A stretch of DNA of 64,000 bases from positions 1 through 64,000 of the forward strand of contig JANLWX010000019.1 of the NCBI GenBank assembly GCA_031364845.1, given 5' to 3'. This stretch comes from Candidatus Eiseniibacteriota bacterium. Its GTDB lineage: Bacteria > Eisenbacteria > RBG-16-71-46. This document shows, in pieces, positions 60,061 through 64,000 of this stretch (within the stretch, counting starts at the first letter, position 1; every line of letters begins with the position of its first letter). The notes beneath the pieces are model-generated. The model had not been told where the DNA came from. It saw only the letters and a program-made list of their open reading frames with translations, and made no database searches. Position numbers and translations under genes: made by a program.

Positions 60061-61605
60061 CTACCGGCCGGGCTTCCGCGCGAGAGCCCGCACCGCCTCC
60101 AGCTCCGCATCGCGCCCCGCGGCGATGTCCTCCGCCGTCGGCACCACACAGACATCCGGTGCGATCCCCGCATCCGGCCGCACGCCGTCGGGGAACTGGC
60201 CGATCAGCGGCAGGTCCAGCTCGATCCCCGACTTCGGCAGGCGCAGGAAGAACAACGCGCCGCCGTTGATCCCGCGCTGATTGCCGCCGGTCGGCTGGCC
60301 GACCAGCGTGCCCAGCTTGTTCTGCCGCATCGTCTGCGCGAACTCGAACGTCGCCGAGCTGTTGGTGGCGCCGACCAGCACCCACACGCGTCCTGCGAAC
60401 TTCGGAAGCGCGGGCGCGATCATCCCGCCGAAGTCGTCATCGGCATCGCGGCGCAACCGGTAGAAGCGATCGGTCGAGTCGATCGCCGCCGCACCCCAAT
60501 CCTTGAACGACGGATCCCACGTGTCGAGGTACGGCGCGAGGTCTTCGGGGACTTCGCGATAGCGCACGAGGCGGGTGACTTTCTGGCGCGGCACCGGTAC
60601 TGACGTCAGATGGCTCACGATCACGTCGCCGACATCGCTGCCGCCTTCGTTACCGCGCAGGTCGATCACGAGATCGGTGGCGCCGCTCGCGACCAGCGTG
60701 GCGAAGGTCTCCTCGAGATACGGCTGCCACTTCCACTCGCTGTTATAGAGCGCCCACGTCGGCATGCGCAGCACGCTCATGCGCTCGTCGAGCGCACGGA
60801 ACTCCCACACCGGCGCATCCTTCGCGGGGCCGGTTTTCTGCGCCGCCTCGACCTTCGCGAGGCGCTCGGCGTACGGAACACGCGGCACGCTGCCGGTCTG
60901 CGTGCGGTTGTCGCCGGGCCGGCGCACGCGCAGCGTGACCGACGCATCGGACGACGGGAAGAACAGCGGCCAGAAGATGTCGAACGCTTCGTAGCGGCTC
61001 GTGCCTTCGACCTGCATCGACGCGACGCGCTTCGCGTCGTTGTTGCCGTCGGCGCGCGCCACCGACATCAGACGCTTGAGGATCAACGTGACCGGAACAT
61101 CGTTGATCGCGAGCACCTCGGCGCCTTCGCGCAGCAGCGGGTCCGAGGTGAACGAGCGGGTCACGATCATGCGGTGGTTCAACCAGCGGAAGTAGAACGG
61201 CAGACGCGGCTGATGGAACAGCGCGGCCTGAGTGGCCTCCGGCTGGTTGAAAAAGTTGGCGTAGGTGTGGCCGCACTTCACCTTGGCCGCGAACACCGAG
61301 AGCGCGACGTAGGCTTCAGCCAGGGTGCGGTCGCGATCGAACTCGTGCTCGAGCATGAGAAACGCCGCGTCCATCTGCGCCTTCGTGTTGTAGCGCATGA
61401 GGCCCGGATGGAGCGTCTCGTAGGCGCGCTTCAGGATTGCGACGTCCGCCTTGAGATCCGCGGCCGGGACGATCGATCCCGCGTGGAGCGTGGTCGAAGC
61501 CTTGTCCGCCGGAGCCGCCGCGGTCTTGGTGCGCGACGCCGCCTCGGCGCCCGCCGTGAGCGTCAGGATGAGGACGAGCGACAGGGCGAGACGATACGTT
61601 CTCAC
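60061..61605 (-). CDS. S41 family peptidase (secreted)
   Basis: GGAG-GTG start and signal peptide. HPGL, CGHT, LVIDLRGNEGG, SSAT, LVGQPTGG, GIAPD. Confidence 0.88.
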   Translation of the reverse strand: MRTYRLALSLVLILTLTAGAEAASRTKTAAAPADKASTTLHAGSIVPAADLKADVAILKRAYETLHPGLMRYNTKAQMDAAFLMLEHEFDRDRTLAEAYVALSVFAAKVKCGHTYANFFNQPEATQAALFHQPRLPFYFRWLNHRMIVTRSFTSDPLLREGAEVLAINDVPVTLILKRLMSVARADGNNDAKRVASMQVEGTSRYEAFDIFWPLFFPSSDASVTLRVRRPGDNRTQTGSVPRVPYAERLAKVEAAQKTGPAKDAPVWEFRALDERMSVLRMPTWALYNSEWKWQPYLEETFATLVASGATDLVIDLRGNEGGSDVGDVIVSHLTSVPVPRQKVTRLVRYREVPEDLAPYLDTWDPSFKDWGAAAIDSTDRFYRLRRDADDDFGGMIAPALPKFAGRVWVLVGATNSSATFEFAQTMRQNKLGTLVGQPTGGNQRGINGGALFFLRLPKSGIELDLPLIGQFPDGVRPDAGIAPDVCVVPTAEDIAAGRDAELEAVRALARKPGR

Positions 61606-61863
61606 GAGGTTTCTCCGGGGGAACCGAGCGAACGCCGGCGTCGCGCGTCCATACGTGCGGCAAACACGACAATCGCGGCGGATTATCGGTGAGCGCGACG
61701 TGCCGGGACAAGCCATCCGGCCTAATCGATCCCGCCTTGCTCCCACCTGCGCCGATGGCGCATTCTGCCGGGGTACTCGCGATGTTATCGGCGTCCCGTC
61801 CGGCCCGGTTGAACGACCCGCCCCCGGATGCTTGGACCTCCCCCACGACCTCAGGAAGTGCCC

Positions 61864-63543
<1,680 letters not shown>

Positions 63544-63568
63544 GAATTTCTTCGCTCGGCGATGACTC

Positions 63569-63607
63569 CGGCGACACTTCGATTTTCTTCGAGGTGTCGC
63601 CGTTCTT
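63569..63607 (+). terminator. Terminator-like hairpin after ettA
   Basis: cggcgacacttcga-ttttct-tcgaggtgtcgccg followed by ttctt. Confidence 0.7.
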
Positions 63608-63679
63608 GCGCGTGCGCTTCGCCGGTGTCAGAGTTTCTCCGGTCGCTGCGGTCGCATCCCTGACATTTCGGAGTTTCCC

Positions 63680-64000
63680 ATGCGCGCACGCTTCCTGCCG
63701 GTGCTGTGCTCCGTTGCGCTGACGCTCCTTTCGATAGCGAGTGTGGCGGCAGCAGTGGTACCGGTGCGCGCTCTTCCCGGCGAGCGGTCGGCTTCCATCG
63801 CGCGCCTCGATGGATCGGAGTCCGCACCGGTCACCATCGCTCGCGACTGGCAGCAGGCTCTGTTCGAGCTGCGCCGCGACGATCCGACGCTGCCGGATGG
63901 AGTCGCGCTGCGGGAACGCGCGCTCGCACAGGCGGGACCCGAAGTCGTACCGATCTCGGTGATCCACTTCAGAACGTTCGGCACGATCTTCGTCGCCAGC
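63680..64000 (+). CDS. Secreted hypothetical protein, partial (runs off the window)
   Basis: GGAG-ATG MRARFLPVLCSVALTLLSIASVAAA..., open to the window end. Absent from the ORF track. Confidence 0.65.
   Translation, partial: MRARFLPVLCSVALTLLSIASVAAAVVPVRALPGERSASIARLDGSESAPVTIARDWQQALFELRRDDPTLPDGVALRERALAQAGPEVVPISVIHFRTFGTIFVAS

Overview
High-GC bacterial chromosomal window with about 50 CDS. I found no rRNA, tRNA, CRISPR array or intact mobile element. At least six secreted proteins end in a FlgD-Ig/T9SS-like C-terminal domain, a pattern that suggests an FCB-related lineage such as Ca. Eisenbacteria (inference only). Recognisable genes are kdpFABC-porin-kdpDE, acnA, ettA, pilT, pip, a fused LeuD-LeuC-type dehydratase, a DAACS symporter, an MsrP-like Mo enzyme with cytochrome b, and HtrA, M48 and S41 peptidases. 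The top finding is a gene that the ORF track splits in two (15090-15827). It is one reading frame with TGA-AGC-GGC-TGA (UxxU), followed by a SECIS-like hairpin. It encodes a signal peptide and a beta-barrel-like C-terminus, and lies just upstream of a YHS-TlpA thioredoxin. This is a candidate double-selenocysteine envelope redox system. Other notable items: a two-gene copper-radical oxidase islet bounded by a ~320 bp duplication, tandem DUF4331 paralogues with a SigK-like promoter, an HzsA-like heme protein, a DUF4388-fused degenerate PilT, a Tat peptide paired with an amidase, a small unannotated membrane peptide before kdpF, and three single-base frameshifts that may be sequencing errors. 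All family assignments come from motif recognition by eye; no database search was run.
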